Positions 28,672 through 37,556 of a DNA stretch of 64,000 bases are shown here, one piece after another. Each line of letters opens with the position of its first letter. Position 1 is the stretch's first letter. The position numbers and the translations under genes were made by a program. Below the pieces are notes generated by a model. It worked only from the letters and a program-made list of their open reading frames with translations. It was not told the DNA's origin and did not search any database. Origin of the DNA: an uncultured Alphaproteobacteria bacterium (GTDB lineage: Bacteria; Pseudomonadota; Alphaproteobacteria; Rs-D84); assembly GCA_946188105.1 (NCBI GenBank), contig CAMHTQ010000004.1, positions 41,890 to 105,889 of the forward strand, written 5' to 3'.

Positions 28672-30249
28672 TTATTCTCCACACTCTAAACACTCTTCAT
28701 CCAAATCGTCAAAACCGGCGCCCTCTTCGGTTACCATGGCCACTGGAACCATTTTACCTGGTTCTGTATAATGTGTTTCTTTTACGACCCGAACACGACG
28801 ATTTTCGGCATTTGGCACACCATCAGCCGTTTTAACCTTTAAATCTTCCTCACCAGCAGAAACCGCAACGATTTGGCTTGCAGGGATACCATATTGTATC
28901 AACATTTTCTGCACTGCCTCGGCACGACGACCACCCAAAGCATAGTTATAACTGTTTGTGCCAGCTGTATCTGTATGACCAATCACAGAAACCTTGATAT
29001 TCTTGTTTTCCTGTGTTGCTGTTGCCAATTCACGAATTAAACCTGCATATTCTGGCTTAATAACCGCCTTGTTAAAGTCAAAGTGGACTTCGAATATTTC
29101 TTCCATAACATGCTGTGTTGGTTCCAAAGGAATCTGTTGAACCTTGATAACCGCCTTTTCTTCATTTGGTTTCAAAGCATCCAAACGGTCATTTATCGCC
29201 TTGATTTCGGCACGCATAGCCATCATCATATTGATAAATTCATCACGAGAAACCCCTTCTTCACCCAATGTTGGGATTTCTTCTTCACAAGGACATGCCT
29301 CTGGTTGATCTTGTCCTTCGACCTGAACCAACATTGGACGACCTGTTTGACAATCACATCTGGATCCGCCGCCATTTACAGCAACGGTATTTCCACTGTT
29401 TGAAACACTCTTGTCACCACCATAAATATTCTGATTGAAAATCATTGGTACAGGTTGTCCCATACGTGTTGTAACAAATCCTTGGGTTGTTGTAGTTTTA
29501 ACATCACCACCCTTTTCTTGTTGATATGCCTGTTCAACAGGGATTGTTTGAACCAAATTACCTGGAACACTCACGTTATTAACAATCACGATACCATCAC
29601 GTGGATATGATGTTCCGCCAACGGTTTTCAAAGAACGTGTATCTGGATAAAATCCGCCCGATTTTTCAATTTCAATAGATGCAGGTGCCGCAGATTTCTT
29701 TGCAACCTTGCAACCACCTTTTTTGCAATTACGCAACACATCCATAGCGGTTATGAAACGATCACGGCATTGCATTGCTGTTTCTTGTTGTCCCGTAGAT
29801 GTAGCAGACAACCAACAATCAAACTTTGCCTGTGCCTCGGCTGCAACATCAGGACGAGTTTCCGTAGCATCATTTTTGAATTCTTCGATCATATCAAAAT
29901 ATGCCATTTCCAGTTCGGCAGCCTCAGACTCATCATCCACAGCCCAATTACCAACGGTTTCTGGGAATGGTGTTTCACCAGAAAATGCGGTTACAGCCTT
30001 GCCTGCGAACAATTCACCCATTTCTGGGTATCCAGATGTTCTAGCATTATAAATTGCATAAGAACGATAATTCATTGCCAACTGATTCAAGAAAGAATCT
30101 TTATGTGGTGCAGAATAAACATCCAATTTTTCAACATAGTCAACTGTTGGTGTTGACATGTCCATATCACCACGATTTGAACCAGCGCAAGCCCCCAATG
30201 CAATCACCGAGGTTATCGCTAAAATATGTGAAAATAATCTGTTTTTCAT
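28672..30249 (-). CDS. OmpA-family peptidoglycan-binding lipoprotein
   Basis: Lipobox LGAC. C-terminal OmpA_C domain (..VIGHTDTAGTNSYNYALGGRRAEAV..). Confidence 0.75.
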   Translation of the reverse strand: MKNRLFSHILAITSVIALGACAGSNRGDMDMSTPTVDYVEKLDVYSAPHKDSFLNQLAMNYRSYAIYNARTSGYPEMGELFAGKAVTAFSGETPFPETVGNWAVDDESEAAELEMAYFDMIEEFKNDATETRPDVAAEAQAKFDCWLSATSTGQQETAMQCRDRFITAMDVLRNCKKGGCKVAKKSAAPASIEIEKSGGFYPDTRSLKTVGGTSYPRDGIVIVNNVSVPGNLVQTIPVEQAYQQEKGGDVKTTTTQGFVTTRMGQPVPMIFNQNIYGGDKSVSNSGNTVAVNGGGSRCDCQTGRPMLVQVEGQDQPEACPCEEEIPTLGEEGVSRDEFINMMMAMRAEIKAINDRLDALKPNEEKAVIKVQQIPLEPTQHVMEEIFEVHFDFNKAVIKPEYAGLIRELATATQENKNIKVSVIGHTDTAGTNSYNYALGGRRAEAVQKMLIQYGIPASQIVAVSAGEEDLKVKTADGVPNAENRRVRVVKETHYTEPGKMVPVAMVTEEGAGFDDLDEECLECGE

Positions 30250-30332
30250 TTATGTCGTCCTTTCTAAATAATTCTTTTTAATTATTATACTCTTTTTTTG
30301 TCTTTCAGTAAAGCGGAAAAAACAAGCACTTA

Positions 30333-31154
30333 TTACTGCAACAACTGTAATGCCGCACCACCAAAACTGCTTAATCCCTGGGCTCCACCACCTAATCCTT
30401 TGACAGCATCCATTATACCACCAACATTTGACTGCTGGCCACCCGGGGTAATCGATTGAGACAAACTGGATATTGTTCCTGTTACCAACGAAGAATATGC
30501 TTCTTTATTAGCCTTGGAAATATTTTCTGGCGAACACTTTTTTTGCTTTTCCAACAATTTAACATACATGCTTATTTCATCGGCTGTATAATCTGACTCG
30601 CTAAACTGAATTTTTCCAAAGATTTCATATATATTGGATACACTTTTCTTTTTCGCATCGGCACACAAATCGCCACCATCTGAACAATACTGTATCCACG
30701 CAGCCTTTGGATACCCCTGCCAAATTCTGCCATTATCCGTAGAACTGTTAAAGGTATCAACACATGGCTGTAAATTTGCCTCTAAACTGGCTGCGACATC
30801 GGCGGCATAACTGTTACCGGGACCACATGCATCCCATGATCCCATAAACTTTTCCACAGATTCAGGTCCAACCATAGCATATTCTTTAACCATTTTATTC
30901 ACCCAATCAATTTCAGACTGGGTTGGCTTACATTCGCCCTCTAACTGCTTTAACTGGTTTTTCATATTTGTAACATTGGATACTAATCCTATAACCCCAG
31001 GCAACAAAGAATTCGATGTAATCGCCTCTATGCCACTGGCCTGCTCTTGCTGTTTAACCGAAGATGCTTTTTTCACCACAGGCTTAGCAGCCATGGCAGC
31101 AAAACCGACCATGCAAACACAGGCACATAATAAAATTGCAAAATATTTCTTCAT
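30333..31154 (-). CDS. Secreted cysteine-rich hypothetical protein
   Basis: Signal peptide, about ten Cys, and a Gly-rich C-terminal tail. I recognise no family. Confidence 0.5.
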   Translation of the reverse strand: MKKYFAILLCACVCMVGFAAMAAKPVVKKASSVKQQEQASGIEAITSNSLLPGVIGLVSNVTNMKNQLKQLEGECKPTQSEIDWVNKMVKEYAMVGPESVEKFMGSWDACGPGNSYAADVAASLEANLQPCVDTFNSSTDNGRIWQGYPKAAWIQYCSDGGDLCADAKKKSVSNIYEIFGKIQFSESDYTADEISMYVKLLEKQKKCSPENISKANKEAYSSLVTGTISSLSQSITPGGQQSNVGGIMDAVKGLGGGAQGLSSFGGAALQLLQ

Positions 31155-31222
31155 CTCTCTGTGCTGACATTATATCATAAAAAACGCCACTAATAAATAT
31201 AAAAATTGCTTTTTGGTTTATC

Positions 31223-31720
31223 GTGTGCAAATATGGTTATATGTCATCGAACAACAGAAATTTTATTATTTTTCAAAAACACCGCCGTTTAACTCGGTTG
31301 TGGCAATTTTTATTTACTGGATGGGGATTGGTAATGGTTGCCGCATTGGTTGCTGGGGCCGTTTTTACCAAGCAGTTAATTTGGACACCAATATCTGCAA
31401 TAAATATGGTTGATGTTGCATCCAATCAGTTCAAGATGACAAACGCAAATTTTGCAGGCACAGACCGCCAAGGCGAACCTTTTTCTATTCATGCAAAAAT
31501 TGGTCGTCAAGAATACACAAATCCTGATATAATATATCTGGAAACTGTCCATGGGACCGTTGTTCGTAAAGAAAATGGCACAAAAATTACTGATGACATC
31601 CGTTCTAATACCGCAGAATTCAACCAAACAACCCGTATTTTGAAACTGCAAGGAAATGTACGTGTTGATTCCAGTAACGGTGACAAGGCAAGAACAAAAG
31701 AAATGGTGATAAAATTATGA
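31223..31720 (+). CDS. lptC: LptC-like LPS export protein
   Basis: N-terminal TM anchor followed by a beta-jellyroll-like periplasmic domain. Its stop overlaps the lptB start (ATGA). Confidence 0.55.
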   Translation: MCKYGYMSSNNRNFIIFQKHRRLTRLWQFLFTGWGLVMVAALVAGAVFTKQLIWTPISAINMVDVASNQFKMTNANFAGTDRQGEPFSIHAKIGRQEYTNPDIIYLETVHGTVVRKENGTKITDDIRSNTAEFNQTTRILKLQGNVRVDSSNGDKARTKEMVIKL

Positions 31721-32445
31721 AACAATCTGTATTACGCATAGAACATTTATCAAAAAATTATGGCAATCGCACAGTCATTCGTGATATTTCGATGATTGTC
31801 CGCCAGGGCGAATCGGTTGGATTGTTGGGACCAAATGGTGCTGGTAAAACAACTGCGTTTTATTGCATCACCGGTCAATTAAATGCCACATCGGGACAAA
31901 TTTTTCTTAATTCCCAAGATATAACTCATCTGCCATTTTATCAACGTGCCAGATTACACATCGGATATTTACCCCAAGAAAACAGTGTATTCCGCGGATT
32001 AACCGTTGAACAAAACATTATGGCAATCCTCGAGGTCGTAGAACCAGATAAAAAGAAAAGACAACAAAAATTAGAATCATTATTAGATGAATTTTCAATA
32101 ACCAGTTTACGCAACAGCCCAGCAACCGCATTATCTGGCGGTGAACGCAGACGTGTTGAAATTGCACGTGCATTGGCAAATGATCCAAAATTTATTTTAT
32201 TGGATGAACCATTTGCTGGAATTGACCCAATCGCAGTAAATGAAATTCGTTCATTGGTATCACAATTAAAAGATCGTGGATTGGGGGTTATTATCACAGA
32301 CCACAACGTCCGTGAAACACTGGGAATCACAGATCGCAGTTATGTTTTGCACGATGGGAAAATATTAAAAGAAGGTACCGCCAAAGAAATTACCGCCGAC
32401 AGTCGTGTTAAAAAAGTGTACCTGGGCGAAAATTTCAGTATGTAA
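31717..32445 (+). CDS. lptB: LPS export ABC transporter ATP-binding protein LptB
   Basis: Walker A GPNGAGKTT, LSGGERRR signature, LptB-type C-terminus. Confidence 0.85.
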   Translation: MKQSVLRIEHLSKNYGNRTVIRDISMIVRQGESVGLLGPNGAGKTTAFYCITGQLNATSGQIFLNSQDITHLPFYQRARLHIGYLPQENSVFRGLTVEQNIMAILEVVEPDKKKRQQKLESLLDEFSITSLRNSPATALSGGERRRVEIARALANDPKFILLDEPFAGIDPIAVNEIRSLVSQLKDRGLGVIITDHNVRETLGITDRSYVLHDGKILKEGTAKEITADSRVKKVYLGENFSM

Positions 32446-32451
32446 AAACAC

Positions 32452-33162
32452 TTAAATTAATTGGTTACAAAATTCATCTGGTATTTCTATTTTTGTTTGT
32501 TTATCTTGCCATAATACGAAATCAATTTTTTTAACATCAGAAATTTCTGCACAGAATTTATCATCAAATAGTTTTATAATTTTTTTACCATCTGGCGATT
32601 GCATATACCGATAAAAATTATCTATATATTTCAAATATAAATTCCACATCACATCTTTACGCATATTTAAATCACCCGTATTAATACGTTTAAATTTAAA
32701 ATGCTGGGTTGCAACAACACTATCCCAAATAGGAAAAGACGAATCCAAATGATGCAACATCTTTGATGCAAATGATATTTCGCAACGTCCTGTTATATCA
32801 CATATACCCAAAAACACACCTTTGGCTTTACAATTTTTATCATTTTTAAAACTTATATTTTCATGTTTGTTTTTTTCCATATTTTCGAAATATTTATCTT
32901 TATTCGAATCCGACAAGCCGCGACTCAGCCCATAAAACCCGATATATTTCTTTTTAAAAATCTCATTTTCCGTAATCGGTTTTGTATCACGATTATTCAA
33001 CAGATAGTTATAAATATTAACGCCATTTTTTAATTTTTTTTCTCTAATATTTGATTTACAACAAATTCCGAAATCATGACTACCCCCTTTTTGTTTTATA
33101 AACGAAGCATAAAAAATAAAATTCACAATACAACACAACCAAAGATGCGGCGCGATACTCAT
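32452..33162 (-). CDS. Hypothetical protein adjacent to tRNA-Lys
   Basis: 236-aa ORF. I recognise no family. Confidence 0.4.
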   Translation of the reverse strand: MSIAPHLWLCCIVNFIFYASFIKQKGGSHDFGICCKSNIREKKLKNGVNIYNYLLNNRDTKPITENEIFKKKYIGFYGLSRGLSDSNKDKYFENMEKNKHENISFKNDKNCKAKGVFLGICDITGRCEISFASKMLHHLDSSFPIWDSVVATQHFKFKRINTGDLNMRKDVMWNLYLKYIDNFYRYMQSPDGKKIIKLFDDKFCAEISDVKKIDFVLWQDKQTKIEIPDEFCNQLI

Positions 33163-33214
33163 TTTTTAAAACAAAAAATCGCCTACATAGCGATTTTTTA
33201 TTAACCAAAATTGG

Positions 33215-33290
33215 TGGTGGACGCGCAGGGACTCGAACCCTGGACCCACTGATTAAGAGTCAGTTGCTCTACCAACTGAGCTACGCATCC
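33215..33290 (-). tRNA. tRNA-Lys (CTT)
   Basis: 76-nt cloverleaf GGATGCGTAGCTCAGTTGGTAGAGCAACTGACTCTTAATCAGTGGGTCCAGGGTTCGAGTCCCTGCGCGTCCACCA. Anticodon CTT. Confidence 0.85.
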
Positions 33291-33342
33291 AAAACTAAAC
33301 AGCCCAAATTATATAATAAAATCTGATAAAATCAACCACAAT

Positions 33343-34947
33343 TTACTTTTTCAAATAATTTATTGGATTGTATGCTCGTGTACCCTTACGGATTTCAAAG
33401 TGCAACTGGGATTGATCCACCCTGCCCGATGAACCAACCGTTCCAATTTTTTGACCAACGACAACCGTGCTGCCACGTTTAACACACATAGAATCCATAT
33501 GGGCATACACCGTCATCCAACCGTCTGCATGTTGAATTATAACCAGATTACCCATTCCTTTTACTTCATTCCCTGCATATGCAACAATTCCATTTTCAGA
33601 TGCTGATACCACCGCACCCTTGGTTGTTTTTATGTTGATTCCGTCATTAAACAACCCATTTGGTTTTGAACCATACCCAGACAAAATCTTGCCACGCACC
33701 GGCCACGAGAATTTAGACGATGATCTGGCCGCCAATTGTTTAGCCGCACGTTTTTGTGGTGTTGCAGTTTTCTGCACAGATTTTTTAGTATCTTTTTTCT
33801 CTGTCTTTGGTTTTGTATCTGTCTTTTTCTGTTCAACTTTTTTCGCAGTATTTTGTTTTTGTTCCGCCTTTGGCTTTGCCTTAGGTTCTGTTTTTGCTTT
33901 TTGTTCAGCCTTTGGTTTGGTTGCTGATTTATCTGTCGCTTTTGGTTTTACCTGTGGTTTAGCATCGGTTTTTTTTGCATTCTTTACCGGCTCGACTTTT
34001 TTATTTTCAGCATTCGGTTTAACCTCGGCTTTCTTAACCTCTGGCTTTTTAGGTTCTGGTTTTACATCTTTTTTAACTTCTTTAACCTCGGCTTTTTTCT
34101 CAACCTTTTCTACCTTTGCAACCCCTTGTCTTTCAGATTTTTCTGCAACAGATTTTGCCTCTGCCACTTTTTCTATCTTTTTAGGTTCGGTTTTTACCGC
34201 GGCTCTGACCGTCGTATTTTGTGGCACAGATAAAACATCTGGGACTTTTAATTTCTGTCCAACCGCCAACGCAAATGGTGGTGTGATTTTATTCATCACC
34301 GCCAAATCATTAACTGGCACAGAATATTTACGCGACAAAGAATACAATGTATCGCCTTTTTCAACAGTTATTTCATTCAGCTGTGCACGCACTGGTTCTG
34401 GTGTTTTTTCGACTTTGGCTTCTGTTTTTTTAGGTTCTGTCGCTTTTTGTTTAACCTCGGCTGGTGCTTTTTCTACTTTATCTACAGCCTTTTCAACTGG
34501 CTTACCATTTACATAATCAGGAATTTTCAAATCATCCACAATCAAATCAGGTTCATTTTCTTGTTCCAAAGATTCTTCTTCATCCTCTTCTGCATTATCT
34601 TCTTCTGTTGTTTCTTCATCGACACTGGATTCTGTATTTTCTGTTGTATCAGACACATCTTCTTTTTCGTCTTGATCTGGCATTGTATAATCATCCGCAG
34701 GCGAATATAAAACATAATCTGCCTCTGTAATATCGCCATTACCATACACAGTTGGCGAAGCATATACACCATAATCCGCCACCGCGGTTTTATAAATCTC
34801 GCTATCTGGTTCTGCTAATAATGTTGGATATCGTTCAGAAATAAAATCACCCACACTATCGGGTATAGAAGAAATCTTGGGCTGTAAATCACATCCCCCA
34901 AACACGACAACAATACCCAAAACAAACACCCAAATAAAACTTCTCAT
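33343..34947 (-). CDS. nlpD: LysM-M23 murein hydrolase activator (NlpD-like lipoprotein) with a long Lys/Glu/Pro-rich low-complexity region
   Basis: Lipobox FGGC, LysM (..ITVEKGDTLYSLSRKYSV..), a KPKAEQK-type repeats region, and a C-terminal M23 (..NDGINIKT...HFEIR.). Confidence 0.8.
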   Translation of the reverse strand: MRSFIWVFVLGIVVVFGGCDLQPKISSIPDSVGDFISERYPTLLAEPDSEIYKTAVADYGVYASPTVYGNGDITEADYVLYSPADDYTMPDQDEKEDVSDTTENTESSVDEETTEEDNAEEDEEESLEQENEPDLIVDDLKIPDYVNGKPVEKAVDKVEKAPAEVKQKATEPKKTEAKVEKTPEPVRAQLNEITVEKGDTLYSLSRKYSVPVNDLAVMNKITPPFALAVGQKLKVPDVLSVPQNTTVRAAVKTEPKKIEKVAEAKSVAEKSERQGVAKVEKVEKKAEVKEVKKDVKPEPKKPEVKKAEVKPNAENKKVEPVKNAKKTDAKPQVKPKATDKSATKPKAEQKAKTEPKAKPKAEQKQNTAKKVEQKKTDTKPKTEKKDTKKSVQKTATPQKRAAKQLAARSSSKFSWPVRGKILSGYGSKPNGLFNDGINIKTTKGAVVSASENGIVAYAGNEVKGMGNLVIIQHADGWMTVYAHMDSMCVKRGSTVVVGQKIGTVGSSGRVDQSQLHFEIRKGTRAYNPINYLKK

Positions 34948-34996
34948 ACAAAAGATTATACCACATTTTTACCAACAAATAAATGGTTTGATTGGT

Positions 34997-35710
34997 TTAA
35001 TCGTCTTTACGCATAAATAAAACACTTAATTCAAACAATCCCCACATTGGCACAGCCAACAATAATTGGGACACCACATCAGGCGGTGTTAAAACCGCAG
35101 CAATAACAACAATGAAAACCAACGCATACCGCCTAAAACTAACAACCACAGAACGTTTTAACACACCTATTCTGTTCAAAAAAATCATGACAACGGGCAA
35201 TTGAAAAGCAATTCCAAAAACTTTTAACAACCTAATAGCAAATGTTAAATAATCACGCACAGCTGGTAAAATAACCGCTGGCACGGGGGATGCCTGATTT
35301 AACTCGATAAAAAATCCGAAAACAAACGGAAATAAAATATAAAAAGCAAACCCTGCACCAATCAAAAATAATACTGGTGACGCAATCAACATTGGCCAAA
35401 TAAAATTCTTTTCTTTTTGATGTAATCCTGGTGCAATAAATGCCCATATATGCCATAACACAACTGGCAAAGATATTAAAATCGCAACAGTAACCGCCAA
35501 AGACAACCGTATCATCAACCCATCTGTCAAACCATTATACAGCAAATGTCCGTGCCAAATTTTCAATAACGGTGCTGTTAAAAATTCCTGACACCATGGC
35601 GACACATACCATCCAAAAACAAATGCGCATAAAAATATAACAACGCACCACAAAAATCGCCTACGCAATTCAGCAAAATGTTCCATCAAAGTCATTTTTT
35701 TTGTCATCAT
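34997..35710 (-). CDS. tatC: Sec-independent protein translocase TatC
   Basis: ..LMEHFAELRRR.. N-terminus and six TM helices. Confidence 0.85.
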   Translation of the reverse strand: MMTKKMTLMEHFAELRRRFLWCVVIFLCAFVFGWYVSPWCQEFLTAPLLKIWHGHLLYNGLTDGLMIRLSLAVTVAILISLPVVLWHIWAFIAPGLHQKEKNFIWPMLIASPVLFLIGAGFAFYILFPFVFGFFIELNQASPVPAVILPAVRDYLTFAIRLLKVFGIAFQLPVVMIFLNRIGVLKRSVVVSFRRYALVFIVVIAAVLTPPDVVSQLLLAVPMWGLFELSVLFMRKDD

Positions 35711-35982
35711 TTTGCTTTACTCTTTTTGGATTTTTTTATTGGTTCAGAAAAATCATCTAACACATCATTGGTTGTTGTGCAAATAATATCATCAATTGGT
35801 TTTTCTAAATCTATTTGATCCTTTATTTTTTCAGATGCATCAGTAATTTTCCAAATCAATTTACGAATAAAATTCACAACACGTGCCAACCACCGTGCAA
35901 CATCAGGCCAATACTTAACCGGCACAACTAAAATTGCGACAATCAAAATTACTAAAAATTCAGCCCAACTAATACCAAACAT
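35707..35982 (-). CDS. tatB: Sec-independent translocase TatB/TatA-family subunit
   Basis: MFGISWAEFLVILIVAILVV.. N-terminal TM plus an amphipathic helix. Overlaps the tatC start. Confidence 0.75.
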   Translation of the reverse strand: MFGISWAEFLVILIVAILVVPVKYWPDVARWLARVVNFIRKLIWKITDASEKIKDQIDLEKPIDDIICTTTNDVLDDFSEPIKKSKKSKAK

Positions 35983-35984
35983 TT

Positions 35985-36599
35985 TTAATCATAGAAAGAA
36001 TCACCACTGGCATTGCTGACAGTTTTATGACGTTGAATCTGAAAGTAATTCTTATCAAAATCTGTTTTTGGTTTTAAATTACGAAAAACGACGTCTGTGC
36101 TGGTTCCTGTGGCATCCACAACCGTCCATGATTTTAATTTCACAGGATTTTTATCAAACACAACCGTCATGCGTCCCAACCCTTTGTTATCACGCATATA
36201 CATAGTCAAAGCAAACGTAGTTTTTGTATCAAAAGTATCCGACACAACAATATCTGCATTTTGCAAATCTATTTTTTTACGCACCAAAATTCCCGCAGGC
36301 GTACTGGATAATGGAACTGTTGTTATTTGATCCAATGATTTATCAAAGAAATACAAATCTTTACCATCAGAAATCAATTGAACCTTGGAATTTGTATAAT
36401 CCAATCTGACACGACCAGGACGCAACATTGCAAATAATCCTTTGGCCATTTTTCCATTAGATGTTTGAATAAAATCCCCAGCCAACCCAGTTACAGAATT
36501 CAAATATTTTTCAGCACTTTGAACATATTTTTTATCAACCTCGGCATTCGCAGAAACAGATATAAATACGGCCATTATTGCTATCAGAATTTTTTTCAT
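35985..36599 (-). CDS. lolA: Outer-membrane lipoprotein carrier protein LolA
   Basis: Signal peptide, ~200 aa, and the LolA-like ..GDFIQ...........RP..R..Y.. pattern. Confidence 0.65.
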   Translation of the reverse strand: MKKILIAIMAVFISVSANAEVDKKYVQSAEKYLNSVTGLAGDFIQTSNGKMAKGLFAMLRPGRVRLDYTNSKVQLISDGKDLYFFDKSLDQITTVPLSSTPAGILVRKKIDLQNADIVVSDTFDTKTTFALTMYMRDNKGLGRMTVVFDKNPVKLKSWTVVDATGTSTDVVFRNLKPKTDFDKNYFQIQRHKTVSNASGDSFYD

Positions 36600-36603
36600 C
36601 TCT

Positions 36604-37554
36604 TTATACCTCCTTGAAAATATCTATAATATTTTTCTTCACATTTTCCAAACTATCACGCACAACCGCCCCAGCAGCAAACATATGTCCGCCACCACCC
36701 AGTTGTTCAGCAATTTTATTAACAGGTAAATTCTTGCTGCGTAATGATACACCAATTTGATTTTTTTTCTGTTGTTTTAATAACGCAATATATTCAACAC
36801 CCTTGATCTGTCCCAATAAAGACAAGGCATTTTCACCACGACCATCCAAATTTTTATACGCATCAGAATCAACAATCGCAACCGCCAAACGATTTTTATA
36901 GAAAAATTCAGCATCGGCAACAACACGTGCCTCGGTTTGAATTGTTTTGCGTGGTTTGTTATTCAACAACTCTAACAACTTGTTTATTTCGATACCCTGC
37001 TCTACTAAATTTGCCATTATACGCAAAGGACGACCATCCCTGGCATATTTGAAATTACCCGTATCTGTCAGAATTCCCAATGCCAATACCTGTAAAACTT
37101 TGTCATCATATTTCCAACCGGCCTCGATCATTATGTCATACAACAAACAAGCCGTAGCAGATGCCGTATCATCATCCAAACACAAATGACCAATTTTGTT
37201 ATCATTTTTATGATGATCTATTTCAACCAAAAATTTCGCAGCATCCAATGCAGGACGTGTTCCACCAATATTATTTACAGTTCCGTAATCTAACAATATC
37301 GCCAAATCAAACGCATTTGATAAATCAACATGTTCAAAATAATGTGCGCGACCACGCAGAGCAACATAATGCAATGCCTCGGGCACATTACCATCATATA
37401 CACAAACACATTCTTTGCCATAATTCAAACAAATCAACTGATACAAAGCCAGCATTGTACACAATGCATCACCATCAGGATTTTTATGAACCGTTAACAA
37501 AATCGATTTTGCAGATTCAATTTTTTCTAAAAAAACTTTTATTTCTTGCTTCAT
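36604..37554 (-). CDS. nrnA: DHH/DHHA1 phosphoesterase (NrnA-like oligoribonuclease / pAp phosphatase)
   Basis: ..HKNPDGDALCT.. DHH motif and a GGGH DHHA1 motif. Confidence 0.75.
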   Translation of the reverse strand: MKQEIKVFLEKIESAKSILLTVHKNPDGDALCTMLALYQLICLNYGKECVCVYDGNVPEALHYVALRGRAHYFEHVDLSNAFDLAILLDYGTVNNIGGTRPALDAAKFLVEIDHHKNDNKIGHLCLDDDTASATACLLYDIMIEAGWKYDDKVLQVLALGILTDTGNFKYARDGRPLRIMANLVEQGIEINKLLELLNNKPRKTIQTEARVVADAEFFYKNRLAVAIVDSDAYKNLDGRGENALSLLGQIKGVEYIALLKQQKKNQIGVSLRSKNLPVNKIAEQLGGGGHMFAAGAVVRDSLENVKKNIIDIFKEV

Positions 37555-37556
37555 AT

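Noticed and set aside
33780-34200. Repetitive Lys/Pro/Glu-rich coding region that could be mistaken for a tandem-repeat or CRISPR-like array.
   Set aside because: It lies in-frame inside the NlpD-like gene. The repeats are imperfect low-complexity codon repeats (KPKAEQK...), not spacer-separated direct repeats.
34997-35982. Two separate Tat loci (tatBC here plus tatA at 44422-44667) as a possible duplication or novel arrangement.
   Set aside because: A separate tatA/E gene away from tatBC is common. It is not unusual enough to report as a finding.
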